DNA of 60,480 nucleotides, the filler included, from Hausera hauseri (taxonomy: Eukaryota): assembly GCA_046269625.1 (NCBI GenBank). It is 10 parts of 10 records of this genome, joined end to end, with 100 filler letters (N's around TTAATTAATTAA, not from the genome) between each part and the next. Parts side by side here need not be neighbours in the genome. Positions count along the whole stretch, not along the records: positions 44,560 to 51,711 come from JBJURY010035113.1; positions 51,812 to 56,321 come from JBJURY010548008.1; positions 56,422 to 60,480 come from JBJURY010788312.1; 7 more parts are not named here. One strand, written 5' to 3'. A model generated the notes under the pieces. That model had not been told where the DNA came from, searched no databases, and worked only from the letters and a program-made list of their open reading frames with translations. This document shows positions 49,190 through 60,480 of the stretch, in pieces. Position 1 is the first letter of the stretch, and the number at the start of each line of letters is the position of its first letter. Made by a program: the position numbers and the translations under genes.

Positions 49190-51711
49190 TCTGACCCCGT
49201 AATCATCAGTTGGAGAAAGGCGCTTACTTCATTCTCAGTTTTCTCCGTTTCTGGAGTAACGAGAATAAGTTAACGCACTCAAAATTTTCCGCGATTCTTC
49301 ACAACATCCTCTCAAAGTCTCTCGGCAATAATTTATTCGGCAATAGAAAGAGCAAACATTTGAGATGTGTCGACGAGACCGGCGTCGATTTTATCAACAA
49401 GGACGATCCAGTGGGGAAAACACTTTAGATGTGGCAAAATGCAACAAACAGTATTCGGACATTAAGACACAGGTGGATAAGACTCTTATTGCCGGTTTTC
49501 GCCCACTAATGCAGCCACTTTTTGCGCTTATGCAGGTCTCTTCTGGCTAACACCATTTTTATTTTAAAGGTTTTTTAAGCTTAATGTCTTTGGATACCCC
49601 TTTATCCCAATCATCACTAGCCACTGCTACCCTAGATGCACGCCCGTACTTCTTGTTATCACAGAAGGAAACTGCCCAAGCTTCCAATGCATTTCACCAT
49701 TCCATTGGGATCATTTCGCTGCAAGTCTCCTTCATAGTCTTCAGCAATAATCAACACATTAAAACCATTAGAGCTCCCCTCGACGCCACGGCGCAGCTCC
49801 TATACACCTCTTTATCCTCCTCACTCAACACTTCTAACTTTTATTTCACACACCGAGGCATCACTGTACATCCTATCAACTCACTCCTATCTTTTGTCTA
49901 CCATGAACGTCCAGTCATTTATCTCATGCTCCATTTTCGCCTTTATGGTGGATCGGACTCAAACCCATATTTCTCGGATGACAAATCCACAAATACAGGC
50001 AACGTCTATCGTTTGCCACATTCCCAACAGTCACAAGGGTCATTAAATTTACCTTGTGTGGAATTTGTCCTCCACAAAAACAACTCCAGCAAACCATGGC
50101 TCCAATTCCACCAACAGTGACTAAAATCGAACAACAACACTGATTCTTTTGTGCGAACAAATAGCCTCTTAATTCTTCTGCCTGCAAACGTCAAGCAGCA
50201 GATTAATAATATCTCCGAGCTGCTACAATCCTCGACACTCTGTAAAGCTGTACTGCATGTCTCGGATCCTTCGATTGACAATATAATACAAAAGTACTTT
50301 AATGACCACGCGATACTAAGCCAAAAGCCATACGACTTTCTCCAAACGGCCATTCTGAAGCTCAGCGCGCTAGAAGTGACACGTACGAATAACGCGGATT
50401 TAATTCGCCGTTATTTCTTATCGCCTTTGCCCACATCAATTAGAGCCTTACTCACCCTTGTCGTCAAGCAGACGTAAAGCTGCGGAACAGGAATTTAATG
50501 AACTGGAAAGGTCTGGCATCATTCCGAGATCGAATTCGACGTGGGCTTCTTCTCTTCATATAGTGGTAAAGAAAGATGGTACGTATATGCCATGTGGCGA
50601 CTATCGACAATTAAACAATCTAACTATTACAGATGCCTATCCACTACCACTCATTAAAGCCATTCTTCATAGCCTCAACAACACCAATACCTATTCTACC
50701 ATTGATCTGCACAAAGCCTACCATAAAATTCCTGTTGTCCCTGATGACATTCCAAAAAACTGTTGTCATCACACCATTTGGCCTTTACAAATACATCTGC
50801 ATGCCTTTCGGCCTACGTAGTGCATTTCAGACCTTTCAGTGTCACATTGACACCGTTCTCTCAGGTTTTGATTTTGTTCACCCATACATAGATGACAAAT
50901 TAGTCGCTTCCAACTCCATCAAACGACATCATGAGCACCTTAGAATTATTTTCCACACATTGCATCAAAGCAACCTGCAAATAAATTTCGCCAAATGCAA
51001 TTTCTTCCAGAAAGACGTCAACTTCTTAGACCACATAATTATTCTCAAAGGCATTTGCCCCAGCCTGATCGCTTACAACAATTAAAAAATGTGACGTTAC
51101 CAACTACTACTACGGATATTAGGTATTTTCTAGGGACATTGCATTTCTTACGCAAATATGTGCCACATTGCACCGAGCTAACGGCACCTTTCGCACACTT
51201 CTCATCCGGGAAGAACAGACAATTAATCCATTGGACTCCCGATTTAGTAAATCAAATTGATCGCCTTCGTGAAAATCTAAATATAGTTGAAATCTTGGCT
51301 TTTCGAAAACCAAACGCGGAACTGATATTAACTACCGATGCCTCAACCACAGCCACTGGTGCAATATTACACCAAATATACAATGGTGTTGACGAGCCAT
51401 AGGAATTCTATTCCCGAAATTTCAAGTAACCGGAGAGCCGATAATCAACATTCAATCATAAACTCTTGGCTGTAGTTCTAGCGGTAAAGCATTTCAAGCA
51501 TTTGCTTCTTTCACGTCAATTTACTATCCAAACCGACCATAAGCTTCTACTTCACATAATGACTTTGAAACAGCCCTCATTCAGGCAAGAACGACAGATA
51601 TCATACATATCGACGTTTAGTTTTTCCATGAAATATATTTTAGGCACCAAAAATTTAGTAGCGGATTTTCTTTCGCGGTCGGTTAACTCAATTACAGTTC
51701 AGCCAATTTTC
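49190..51711 (+). mobile_element. CsRn1-like Ty3/Gypsy element: Ubl-gag, internal deletion of protease, RT, RNase H
   Basis: Gag is homologous to ORF 11-814. RT: KAAEQEFNELERSGII..STWASSLHIVVKKDGTYMPCGDYRQLN, TPFGLY..MPFGLR, YIDD. RNase H: LTTDASTTATGAIL, QTDHK. A possible remnant tRNA-Trp PBS, TGACCCCG, lies at 49192. Confidence 0.9.
49584..50477 (+). pseudogene. gag: Ubiquitin-like domain (49716-49952, ends LHFRLYGG) fused to Gag
   Basis: Same architecture as ORF 11-814. One in-frame TGA at 50118 replaces a Trp. Confidence 0.72.
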
Positions 51712-51811
51712 NNNNNNNNNNNNNNNNNNNNNNNNNNNNNNNNNNNNNNNNNNNNTTAATTAATTAANNNNNNNNNNNNNNNNNNNNNNNNNNNNNNNNN
51801 NNNNNNNNNNN
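51712..51811. other. Artificial contig linker
   Basis: N44-TTAATTAATTAA-N44. Confidence 0.98.
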
Positions 51812-52805
51812 TCTATAAATCGATATTATACATATGCTAGTCGATACTGCCCCCCGGTGCACTATCAATCGGTAAATGTGCATGGCACCGTGTCAGTTCG
51901 ATTGGAAGAACGCTACTCTGTACAAGTGTGCAATTAGAATTTAAATCGATCGAATGGTTTTCAGTAGGTAGAAGTGAGCTATCCACCGCACTTCTCTGAT
52001 TGGTCCGCCGACCAGTTTATCTCACCTTATTGGCTATTCTGAACATTTCACTAAAATTTTTCCACGACCCCTTTTCAGAAAATGAGGTCGAGCAAAGAGG
52101 ATCGGACCAGGTGATATCGATAGCGCGTGACGAGATGAGCAAAAGTTAATGGAGGTGCGGCTTAGAGAAATGTAAGGGAGATGCGCTAGAAGAGGAAGAA
52201 GCAAAACAGGAAATGCTCCACGTGTAAGGCGAAACATGTTGCTAGCACTGAGAAAATGTGTACAAGGGGTAAATCGATATTGGCAATTGCAATGGGCACT
52301 GTTGCAAGTCGGTCAGACCATGGGAACATGGGGAAAAATCGATGAGAAAATTTCAAACTAATAAAATTTCCACATGTTCAAGTCCGCCGGTGATGGAAAT
52401 TGGTCTAATACATTGCCCATAAGTTAGGGAAATTTTCATATTACAGCCGCGTCACTATCAGACCAATGAATGCGGGTGAAAAATGCAATCGAACGAACGA
52501 ACGGAAAAACGCATTGTTAAAAAGTCAAAATCATCATGGTTATAAATGCGTTCGTTTTGTAGAAAAATCGTGAATTTTATTTTGTACGACGACGCACAAA
52601 TTACCACGAGCTCATAAATGAGTACTACTATTACTCACTAGGTGGCGGCAATCTGCCTACAAACTAATGAGTACCACCAAATGTGTAACAGAGATATTGA
52701 AATGATATAACGACAGCAACAACAATATAACAAGTTGTATACTTCAAAATCACAAAAACAGTATGTCTGCCCATTAAAAAATGCGGAATACGTTCATAAT
52801 AATGT

Positions 52806-53170
52806 CTATAATGTAAGCCACAATAGGCAGTAAGGTCCACACAATAAGGTAAGAGGATGTTGATAATAAAGTCGATTATATTCAACATGGTGATATGATT
52901 GTCTTTCAATTTGAGAAACTAACGATGACAGGTAATAAAACCCGAACGGATCGAATACCTTGACGACGGCGGTCAAATGTATGTACACCGCAATCCAATG
53001 TTCGCCCGGTAACAATGAACTTTGTGAATTGACGATGAAACCTCCGCCACCATTTTGCCGTAAGTCACGCGCATAGTCCAGTGGAAACACACCGCGGAAT
53101 TTTACATCCAAGAGCTGTTTTCCAGTGACTGAGTTCCGTTGAGCTAAACGTAAAACGTGATTTAATCATA
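52806..53170 (-). pseudogene. Adenain-like cysteine protease
   Basis: FRGVFPLD..FIVNSQSSLLPGEHWIAVYI..FDPFG..YQHPLTLLCGPYCLLWL. Confidence 0.92.
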
Positions 53171-53224
53171 ATAGTAATAATGGTAATAAATTACTTCATG
53201 GTACAAAGAGGAAGAAGGTTTTAT

Positions 53225-54459
53225 TTATGCAATGACGGTTCCGTTTTTCGTTATTTCAACCTCAGCATCAAATACACTATAAATGTACATCACGGTAGAC
53301 TGCTCCAATGCTTTAGCAAAGTAAATCTCCAGTCGCAGGTTTCCCTGCTGAGGTAGTACAGTCTGTTTAACGTCATAATCTAGAGCCAGTACAAAAGGAA
53401 AAGAATGGATAGGTGAACTTGAATAAATCCATCGATATGCCATTGTTGACATTTTTGTTCAACAAATCCATGTTGCGCACAATAGATTGCATATATGTGC
53501 AAACATAATCATTAAACTCAGTCTTGTTTGTACGTCTCAACGAAATCCGCATTCCGACTCAAACTGATGTAATTCATATTGCTATGAGTAAACGTTTACG
53601 AATCGGTCGTAGAAGTGCCCGTTTGTTGAACAGTCGTTTGAAATGTAACGAGCACAAATTTCGGCAATCGCATGTCGCCAAACAATGCACCTTTCTAAAA
53701 CGTAGTTGAACCTTTGGGTACGGTGTGAAAGACGAGTTCTGTGCGTTGTAATGGGTAACAGGCATTTTGTGTTTCCAAGCCCAATCGATGTTCCATGAGC
53801 ACAGATGGTTCTATCATTACACGACGTACGTATAATCGTGCCTCGGTAATTTTCAGAATGGGTTTCAGATCTGCAACTGCGGTTTTCAAACAAAAGACAT
53901 TGTCGCTGCGTATGAGCCGAATCATGGCTTTATCACCGAGCAGTAGGTATTTCGGCTGATCAAAAAAGTCAAAGTACAGCGGTCCGCACATGGTAAGCGC
54001 TTTTGATTCTGCCACCCATGCTTGACGGTTTGCTGCAGTGGCGTCATATGCGATGGTTTTCGTCAAATAAACCGTTTTCGTGTCTTTCCTGTAATTGAGA
54101 GCCGTTTCAGTGAGTGCTTTGATACTGTATACACTAGTGTTGCCTTCAGTTTTGACGCTGTTTTGAGTCAGTGAAGCCTCCTGGAACAGTGTGAGGAAAA
54201 GGTAACTTGCCGGTGTGACAGTGACTGTTGCAGCAAAAACCGCTAATGCAACCTTTTTAACAATGATTTTTACATAGAGTTGAGTATCGTTCAAATCCAG
54301 GTATTCATAGTCTGATGCCATAGTGTTGAACTAAATGTCAATGTTTTCGTCAATTGAAACTGAATCAACGGGGTAGGTTTCTTCAAATGCCGCATTGTCA
54401 ATAACAACTTGTGGCGCGCCTTTGTTTAATATACACAATTCAGATTTTGCAGATTCCAT
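53225..54459 (-). pseudogene. Polinton major capsid protein (double jelly-roll, PY/hexon)
   Basis: MESAKSELCIL..PQVVI..YEYLDLNDTQLYVKI, GPLYFDFFDQPKYLL..IRLIRS, ITEARLYVRRV, QGNLRLEIYFAKAL..YSVFDAEVEI. Frameshifted. Confidence 0.9.
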
Positions 54460-54466
54460 TTGTCTA

Positions 54467-54828
54467 TCAATCGAAAATTGTATGACGACGACGTTTGTTT
54501 ATAGTTGAAAAGCTAGCTAATATACCACGATTTCGTTTTCTCAAGCCGCTACCAGCGAATTGTTTTTTGACCAATTCAACGACTCCCGGTGCAGCGCTTT
54601 TTACTTTTGACAAGGCGTGTTCCTTCAATGATGGTAAAATCGATTTGTTTTCATATAGTTCGTCCTGTGTTGTTTTTGCTGCTTCGGCTTCAATATGCTT
54701 TAACACTGGAAATGCTAAGCTTGCCAATGTACGCAACAATCCAGAGCCATACTGTTTACCAGCGAAATACGGCATTTCACAGCCTGCTGAGGTTTACTGT
54801 AAATGGAAACGATTTCAGAATCATTCAT
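54467..54828 (-). CDS. Small basic Polinton core/cement-like protein
   Basis: PYFAGKQYGSGLLRTLASLAFPVLK (QxGxG family), a second FAGSG, and an Arg-rich end. Located between penton and MCP. Confidence 0.7.
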
Positions 54829-55892
54829 GTTCTTGTTGGTTTTGACGGAAATTAAGAGTTAGACTGGTTGTGGTATCTTACGGAAATTCAATAAAGTAGT
54901 CCGCGTAACATCTGATATTGATTTCAACATTGTTTATAGATATAGTTGCCACAGGTAGGTACACTGGATTATGAAGCTTGACAGTGACATTGTCGCCAGA
55001 AGTATACTTGCTGCTCTCCGGATAAATTGCACGGAATAGCAGTATACGTACTTTACCGATTAAATTCGGTTCGGCGACGTTCACGTTAACGTACGTTTGA
55101 CTTAGTCTAGTTTTCAGTTTGGGTTTAAGTGTTGCAACATGTGCCGCCATCTTTGTATTCGATGCCTCAAACCGATGTTTTCCAAAATCCAGTACTATGG
55201 CCAAAGCTTTGTCCAATGAAATGTCGACAATATACTTAGCCAGTTCAAGTTTAATGTATACATTTGCATCTATCTCGAAAACGTTAAATATCACCTTGTA
55301 CATTTGATTTGAAGAAAAGTGTTGACAGATGTGTGCTACAGATTCGCAATAAACATTGGCTTCAATCGATACGTATGATGTTGCCACACGTTGTGCTGCA
55401 TAGTTAAATTTTACCGTTGTCTGGTAATGTACGGGACTTAAACTTAAAGCAACTACTTATTCTCTATTAATATCTTTACCTTTGTACTCCATATGTTCGA
55501 ATCCAAATTTCTGCGCCATATCAAAGGATTCGAAAGGACTCAAAATCTGACATAAAATTTAAGTTTTTCCCTAAATAAAAACACCAATCTCGCCGTATAA
55601 ACTCTAATTTGTACTAGTCGTGCAAATGGCCGATTCTCTACCTGTTATTTTGTTGTCAGCAAGTGTCAAAACTAGAATGTGTTTTGGTTTAAGGAACAGT
55701 CCTGTTGTACATTATTTTCATACTACCTTTCAATGTCACCGGTGCGTAGGGAAAGTTAAATTCCGCCAGTGCAACCTCCCATTTTTGAGATAAATCCAAA
55801 GAATTGTTCCAATCTACAACGTATTCATTGGCTGAATTGTTCGGAGGAGTCATCGTACAACTGTTGCTCGGCAACACCATGTAAATACTCAT
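54821..55892 (-). pseudogene. Minor capsid protein (penton), copy 1
   Basis: YMVLPSNS..NNSANEYVVDWNNSLDLSQKWEVALAEFNFP and YVNVNVAEPNLIG..LFRAI..NPVYLPV..INNVEINIR..IEFP*DTTTSLTLNFR. Confidence 0.88.
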
Positions 55893-55931
55893 ATTTACAA
55901 TGATGTCAATGATGATTATACAGTTTCTTTT

Positions 55932-56321
55932 TTATCGACGACGTCAAAAATGTAACGTCAAATGTGTCGTTGACCCAAACAGAAATTTAATGAGTTCCCA
56001 AAATTCATCANNNNNNNNNNCAGTTCGATAGAAGCCAGTAGTTGTTTACGTTCTCCACCAACGAGTTCGGATTCGGTTAAGTCCGTTAAAATGTTGATTC
56101 TATAAAATACTCCATAGAGTTGCGGTTTGTATTTGGCAACAATAGATTGTCCAACAATGGTTTGATAGAATTTGCGTTTTGGAAACCCGGATTCCGAGAC
56201 AATAATTCATCAAAAAATGTGTAACATTGCCATGTAGTGTAAGCGAAATATGACCATCTGTATTTATTTTACATGTCTTTACGGTTAATGTAGCCGTTTT
56301 CTTGACGTATTCACACAATTC
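55932..56321 (-). pseudogene. Minor capsid protein (penton), copy 2, C-terminal part
   Basis: INILTDLTESELVGGERKQLLASIEL-(gap)-DEFWELIKFLFGSTTHLTLHF*RRR*. Confidence 0.65.
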
Positions 56322-56421
56322 NNNNNNNNNNNNNNNNNNNNNNNNNNNNNNNNNNNNNNNNNNNNTTAATTAATTAANNNNNNNNNNNNNNNNNNNNNNN
56401 NNNNNNNNNNNNNNNNNNNNN
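56322..56421. other. Artificial contig linker
   Basis: N44-TTAATTAATTAA-N44. Confidence 0.98.
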
Positions 56422-59400
56422 GTCGTTATTTTACACAAAGCTGGCCATCTTTTTGATGGTCGCGGGCATTTGGTGGATGATGACGCAGACTGTTGTTTCA
56501 CACCGTGCACTTCGTTTTCAGACACAGGCTTATCTGCTATTAACACACACGTGTGGGGCCTTAAACTTGTGTGGCAATCTTTCACTTCAGCTTTAAGTTT
56601 GGCATGTTTTACTGTCTGACCAGGCGGAGATATTGTCTGCAGGATGCGTGCTTTTGACAGTTTGCTGTGAGATGCGCGTCTTTTGCGTGATGCGTCCGCG
56701 CTGGTCTGTTGAGTGTGGGCAGGGTGTCCTTCTAACACTCGCTGGGGATGTAATCTTAACACTGTATCCGGTCCTGTAACACTGGCGTCAAAAATGTTTA
56801 CATTAACATATTTACTTCCGCCCCGTGCATGAGGACACTTTTCCAGACAAATGATGTGGCGTTCAGGGGGTTTGTCTTTATGAATCTCATGATGATGGTC
56901 TGTATGGTATGACTCGCATGTCCCCGGACAACTATTAGCCTCAACAAAGGAATAAATCTGATGGTGATTCCCACATGAGCCATTTAATTTATTATGTTGT
57001 TGTGTACCATGGATTGTATCGCCACACTGTGCATGTTTTTCTATCTTTTTCAAGTGTTTTATTTTTCTAGTGTCTAGCTTTTCGCCAGTAACATCTGATT
57101 CATCTAACTCATTACATATTACTTGTGTGGGATGTATCATTGCTTCTTTAGTTTTCTTACAGGGTATTTCATTATCCGAGTCTCGGTCGTCTTGCCTCAT
57201 TACTTCTATGGTTGTTCTCTGCGTTGTGTCTCCAGGCATCACATACAATGAATGCATGTTCTGCATACGGCTACTCAAACCTGATAATACTTGTGTTGAT
57301 GTAGTCCTGGTATGTCTATCTTTGGAACGTAGTTTATGTATCACTTTCTTTGCTACATATGCATTATTAGACGGTTGTAGCACACTTTCGTTATCTGTTG
57401 TGACGATACTTCGGGGCTCCTGATCTTGTAAGTCGGGATTTATGAACAAACCGGAGCTATTTTCGGAAAACGTATTTTTCCCGCTGTAATCTACGTCGAT
57501 CCCATTTGCAAGTCCTCCGCGTCCGATATTAATGAATCTACTCCCTGTTTCACTGCACTTCTGTTGTAGCGTTCGTTCATAACTAAGTTCTAAGCTTGCT
57601 GTAGAAGAGCATTCTTCCCAAGATTCGCTGCTGTCTTCTCCTGTGTTATGTATTTCACGCTGGTTAAAAACGGGCAAATGACTATCTCTGGCTGGCGTTG
57701 TCAGTTCAGGTCTTGCAGCCGTTTCTTGAAACTGTTGTTTCTTTCGTGTAAAATATTGCCCCTGGAAGTCATCATTATTCACAAATGGTAAAGAATTCCG
57801 ATCTTTCAAAGCTTTATACTGGAAACCTCCATTGCCTGTACACGTTTTAGGTTCTACACTTCTTTGAACATGTAATGTATCCTCATGCGTGGAAACGCTG
57901 CGTGTTGTATCTATTAGATTTTTGTCCGTGTCATAACGTCTGCGAGATGCAGCTGCTTTTGAATTTACTTGTTTACAGCCCTCCACAGACACAGATGTCT
58001 CTTGTTTATTAGATAATTCGGGACACTTCACGTTCGAGGGCTCACTGGGCTTGTATTTCTGCATATCGCTGATGGTACTTTTAATCAACGATCTAAGCTC
58101 GCTTGAGCATTCATTGAGGCATACAAAGGACTTATATTTTTCGTTAGTCTTGTGTAAGGGGCGATTGGTCATAAACAACCGATTGGATTCATTCTGGCTA
58201 TTACGTCCAGTTTTTCTAATACTCGGGTTTTTATTTTTCTGAATATCGTCTGAATGAATTCCTTGCAAGGTAAAAGTTCGTACCTTCGGGTGCGACTGTG
58301 TAGCTGCCGAGCGCAGCCCAAAAGTTATCCTCTGTTGACTGCGTGTGCTGTTTTCGTGTGTACATGATCCTTTGTTGCAAGCGCTGTTAATATCTTTCTT
58401 AATTTTAGACATGGAGCACGACTGTCCGTTTTGAAACATTGTTACAGCATGGCCGGATTCGGCTGACGCAGTCAATTTGTTATTTTTTATAACATCGTGA
58501 CTGACGTCATCGTTTATAACAATTGTTTCTTCGCATTTCTCTTTGACGTGAGGTTTCATATTATTTTGAAGCAAGTCAGTTTTAGTTTCCGATAACTGAA
58601 CGTTAAATGATTCAATTGAAGTTAATGGTGCAAATCCACAGCGAAGTGTTGGATTTACCACTTCTGATAATCCGTTCGTAGATTCAGGATTATTACAAAA
58701 TCCCTTCGCAGATTCAGGATTATTGCAAGATCCATTCGCAGATTCAGTATTATTCCAAGATCCTTTCGCAGATTCAGGATTATTCCAACGCAGATTAGAA
58801 ACTGCCTGTTTTAAGTTGGCATACGTTTTATTACGTGATAACACATCCAAACTTGGAGGATTACACGCATTAAGTTTCACTTCCAGTGTTTTCAGTTCAC
58901 AGCCAGCATGGGCAGACAGTGAATACTGATGTGTCTCTGATTGCTGGAATAAAGAGTTAGTATGTGTCGAAAAGGAGAGTTCAGTTTCTGCTACATTCTC
59001 AACTTGTCCTGAACAAAACACCTCTTCATTATTGAGTGCTGTGTTAAAGCTACACTCAACAGGTTCTGAGTGAAATTCACCAAGCAATGAAACGCTTGCC
59101 AGATTGTTTACCGATGGTGTATCGTGAAGATTCTCCCCTTTGTTGCAGATTACAAGTCTGTGGTCCATGTCAGTGACGCAAACTTTCTGTTTGACAGTGA
59201 CGTCATGGGTAGTAGCACTTATATCAGAAGTTTTCTTACCACGACCTTCGACGCACGTATCAGAAGTATGGTCTGTAAAAGGCAACTTGCTGTATTCGTT
59301 CGGACTGATATACCCATTACAAATACGCCCATCACATAAGTTGCCACAACCATACAGCTTTGAATTGGTTTTTTCAAAGCTGCGTTGCTCAGATTCATTG

Positions 59401-59677
59401 GCAAGGGAACAATCATTCCTATGTTTACTCTCAGAAAGTTCGCCCCTCTCTACTATCGTATTACTGCAAGCTCTATATGTCTGTTCAGCATTTGCAGGAC
59501 TGAGAAGATCGCGTGCAGCAGACCCACTGGTACATACAAGAGATGTTACCCTCTTCTGATTATGTGGTATCCGGAGAGCTTGAAGTTTCGTACTTGTATA
59601 ATTCGCGCGGTCATTGACACAGACTTGCACCGCTGAAATTTTTCTCTGAGGCGCGTTATTCTTTTGTGGAAGAACAT
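56422..59677 (-). CDS. Large intact internal exon encoding a Ser/Thr/Asn-rich, probably disordered protein region
   Basis: More than 3.2 kb is free of stops. It is preceded on the minus strand by a polypyrimidine tract and CAG acceptor (59678-59715) and runs off the contig end. No domain was recognised. Confidence 0.75.
58671..58790. repeat. 4 x 30-bp coding tandem repeat (WNNPESAKGS-like)
   Basis: TCCNTTCGYAGATTCAGKATTATTNCAA.. repeated four times. Confidence 0.95.
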
Positions 59678-60334
59678 CTGGTGGACAAAACAAAAAAAAA
59701 TCAAAAATCACAAATGGAATCAACTATAATTGTAAAAACATCATGCCACTTACAGATCATCGTTCTCATTACTTCCCGCCCAAAAGACTTTCTACCTCTT
59801 ATCAGCTCAACCGCTTCTTTTAATTTTATATTCAGAGTTTCCATGACGGCGTGTGTCCAGCGTGGTCCTCTACATCTTTTACCTTTATAAGGGAGATCAG
59901 TGATCTCCAAGTGAGACGTCTGCCTCGGATACTTGAGGTAAGGGGTTCAAAACGCGTTTTTTCTGGATCTTCTACTAAACAATACCCCTGATATCTGGGT
60001 AGTGATAACTGACGTTAGTGTACACTATGGCGCACGTTAAAAATCCCTTGACAGCTGTAAATCAAAAGAGAATAGGCCTAACGACCAACGCCGTGAAAAA
60101 TTGAATAAAAATAAAATCAACACAGTATAAGAACTCATGCACTGCACGATCCCCCAGAATGGATCCTCCACTTATGGAGATACGTCCCTGTGCAAAAGAC
60201 TTTGACCTGTCGACTAGAACCAAACTAAACTGCATACCAGGATCCATTTAAAATAACTTAGTCCCGTAGCATTATGAATGTCGTAGGGGAATGAAGTGTT
60301 AGTGCCTTCATTTTTTTAAGGCTTCGGCTTTGTG

Positions 60335-60480
60335 AGTAGGGACGCTACCACGTTTCTCGCCGCATTTATTTCCCAGGTTTTTTATCCTGGTACCCATTTT
60401 AGGCTCGGTAAACCTGAGGTTTGGCGGCCGGAATTGAACCAGCGCCACTTGACTCAGCGGCCGAGAGCACTAACCACTCA
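60335..60480 (-). mobile_element. tRNA-derived SINE with a Nin/Deu-like central motif
   Basis: Minus strand: A box GAGTGGTTAG, B box GGTTCAATTCC, then AAAATGGGTACCAG. Confidence 0.6.

Larger units (their letters stand above)
51812..56321 (-). mobile_element. Polinton/adintovirus virion module (penton, penton, core, major capsid, protease) next to a terminal-repeat remnant
   Basis: Gene order is typical of Polintons. 51812-51960 resembles the terminal repeat (AATCGATATT..GGTGCACTATC..GTGCAATTAGAATTTAAA). Confidence 0.9.

Noticed and set aside
5081-56421. Recurrent TTAATTAATTAA motif as a biological repeat, and gene neighbourhoods across it
   Set aside because: It is always centred in an exact 100-bp N spacer, so it is an artificial linker. 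Adjacency across linkers (for example joining the two neighbouring Gypsy contigs, which both contain RNase H) is meaningless.
58671-58790. 30-bp repeats as a CRISPR array
   Set aside because: Head-to-tail with no spacers, in frame within a eukaryotic exon, and no cas genes.

Overview
This is eukaryotic (animal-like, AT-rich) DNA, and it is not one locus. Ten unrelated contigs are joined by artificial 100-bp N44-TTAATTAATTAA-N44 linkers, so only within-contig gene order is meaningful. The window is mostly decayed mobile DNA and frameshifted gene copies. (i) A Ty3/Gypsy element at 22916-30045 (minus strand) appears to have encoded one long reading frame: Gag, Zn-knuckle, ubiquitin-like domain, Bcl-2-like domain, chuvirus-type fusion glycoprotein, protease, RT, RNase H. 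This places an env and two host-like domains between gag and pol, and is the best candidate for an undescribed system. (ii) A second, CsRn1-like Gypsy family (two copies) has a Gag that begins with a ubiquitin-like domain ending LHFRLYGG or LHFRLRNG. (iii) A third Gypsy has about 3 kb of extra ORFs after integrase, including a receptor-like type I membrane protein. (iv) Four pieces of one Polinton/adintovirus family share long terminal repeats, three of which retain the AGTAG terminus. They carry a pPolB N-terminus with a duplicated Cys/His domain, a capsid module with two penton genes, and a divergent TBP-like gene that the ORF track missed. (v) There are also Penelope (with a hammerhead-like motif), mariner/maT, Chapaev3-like, LINE and SINE remnants, a 7.5-kb GA-rich microsatellite, and degenerate SF3B3, HERC2, RING, Argonaute and ZFYVE1-like sequences. 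All family assignments come from motif recognition by eye and need HMM or structure confirmation.
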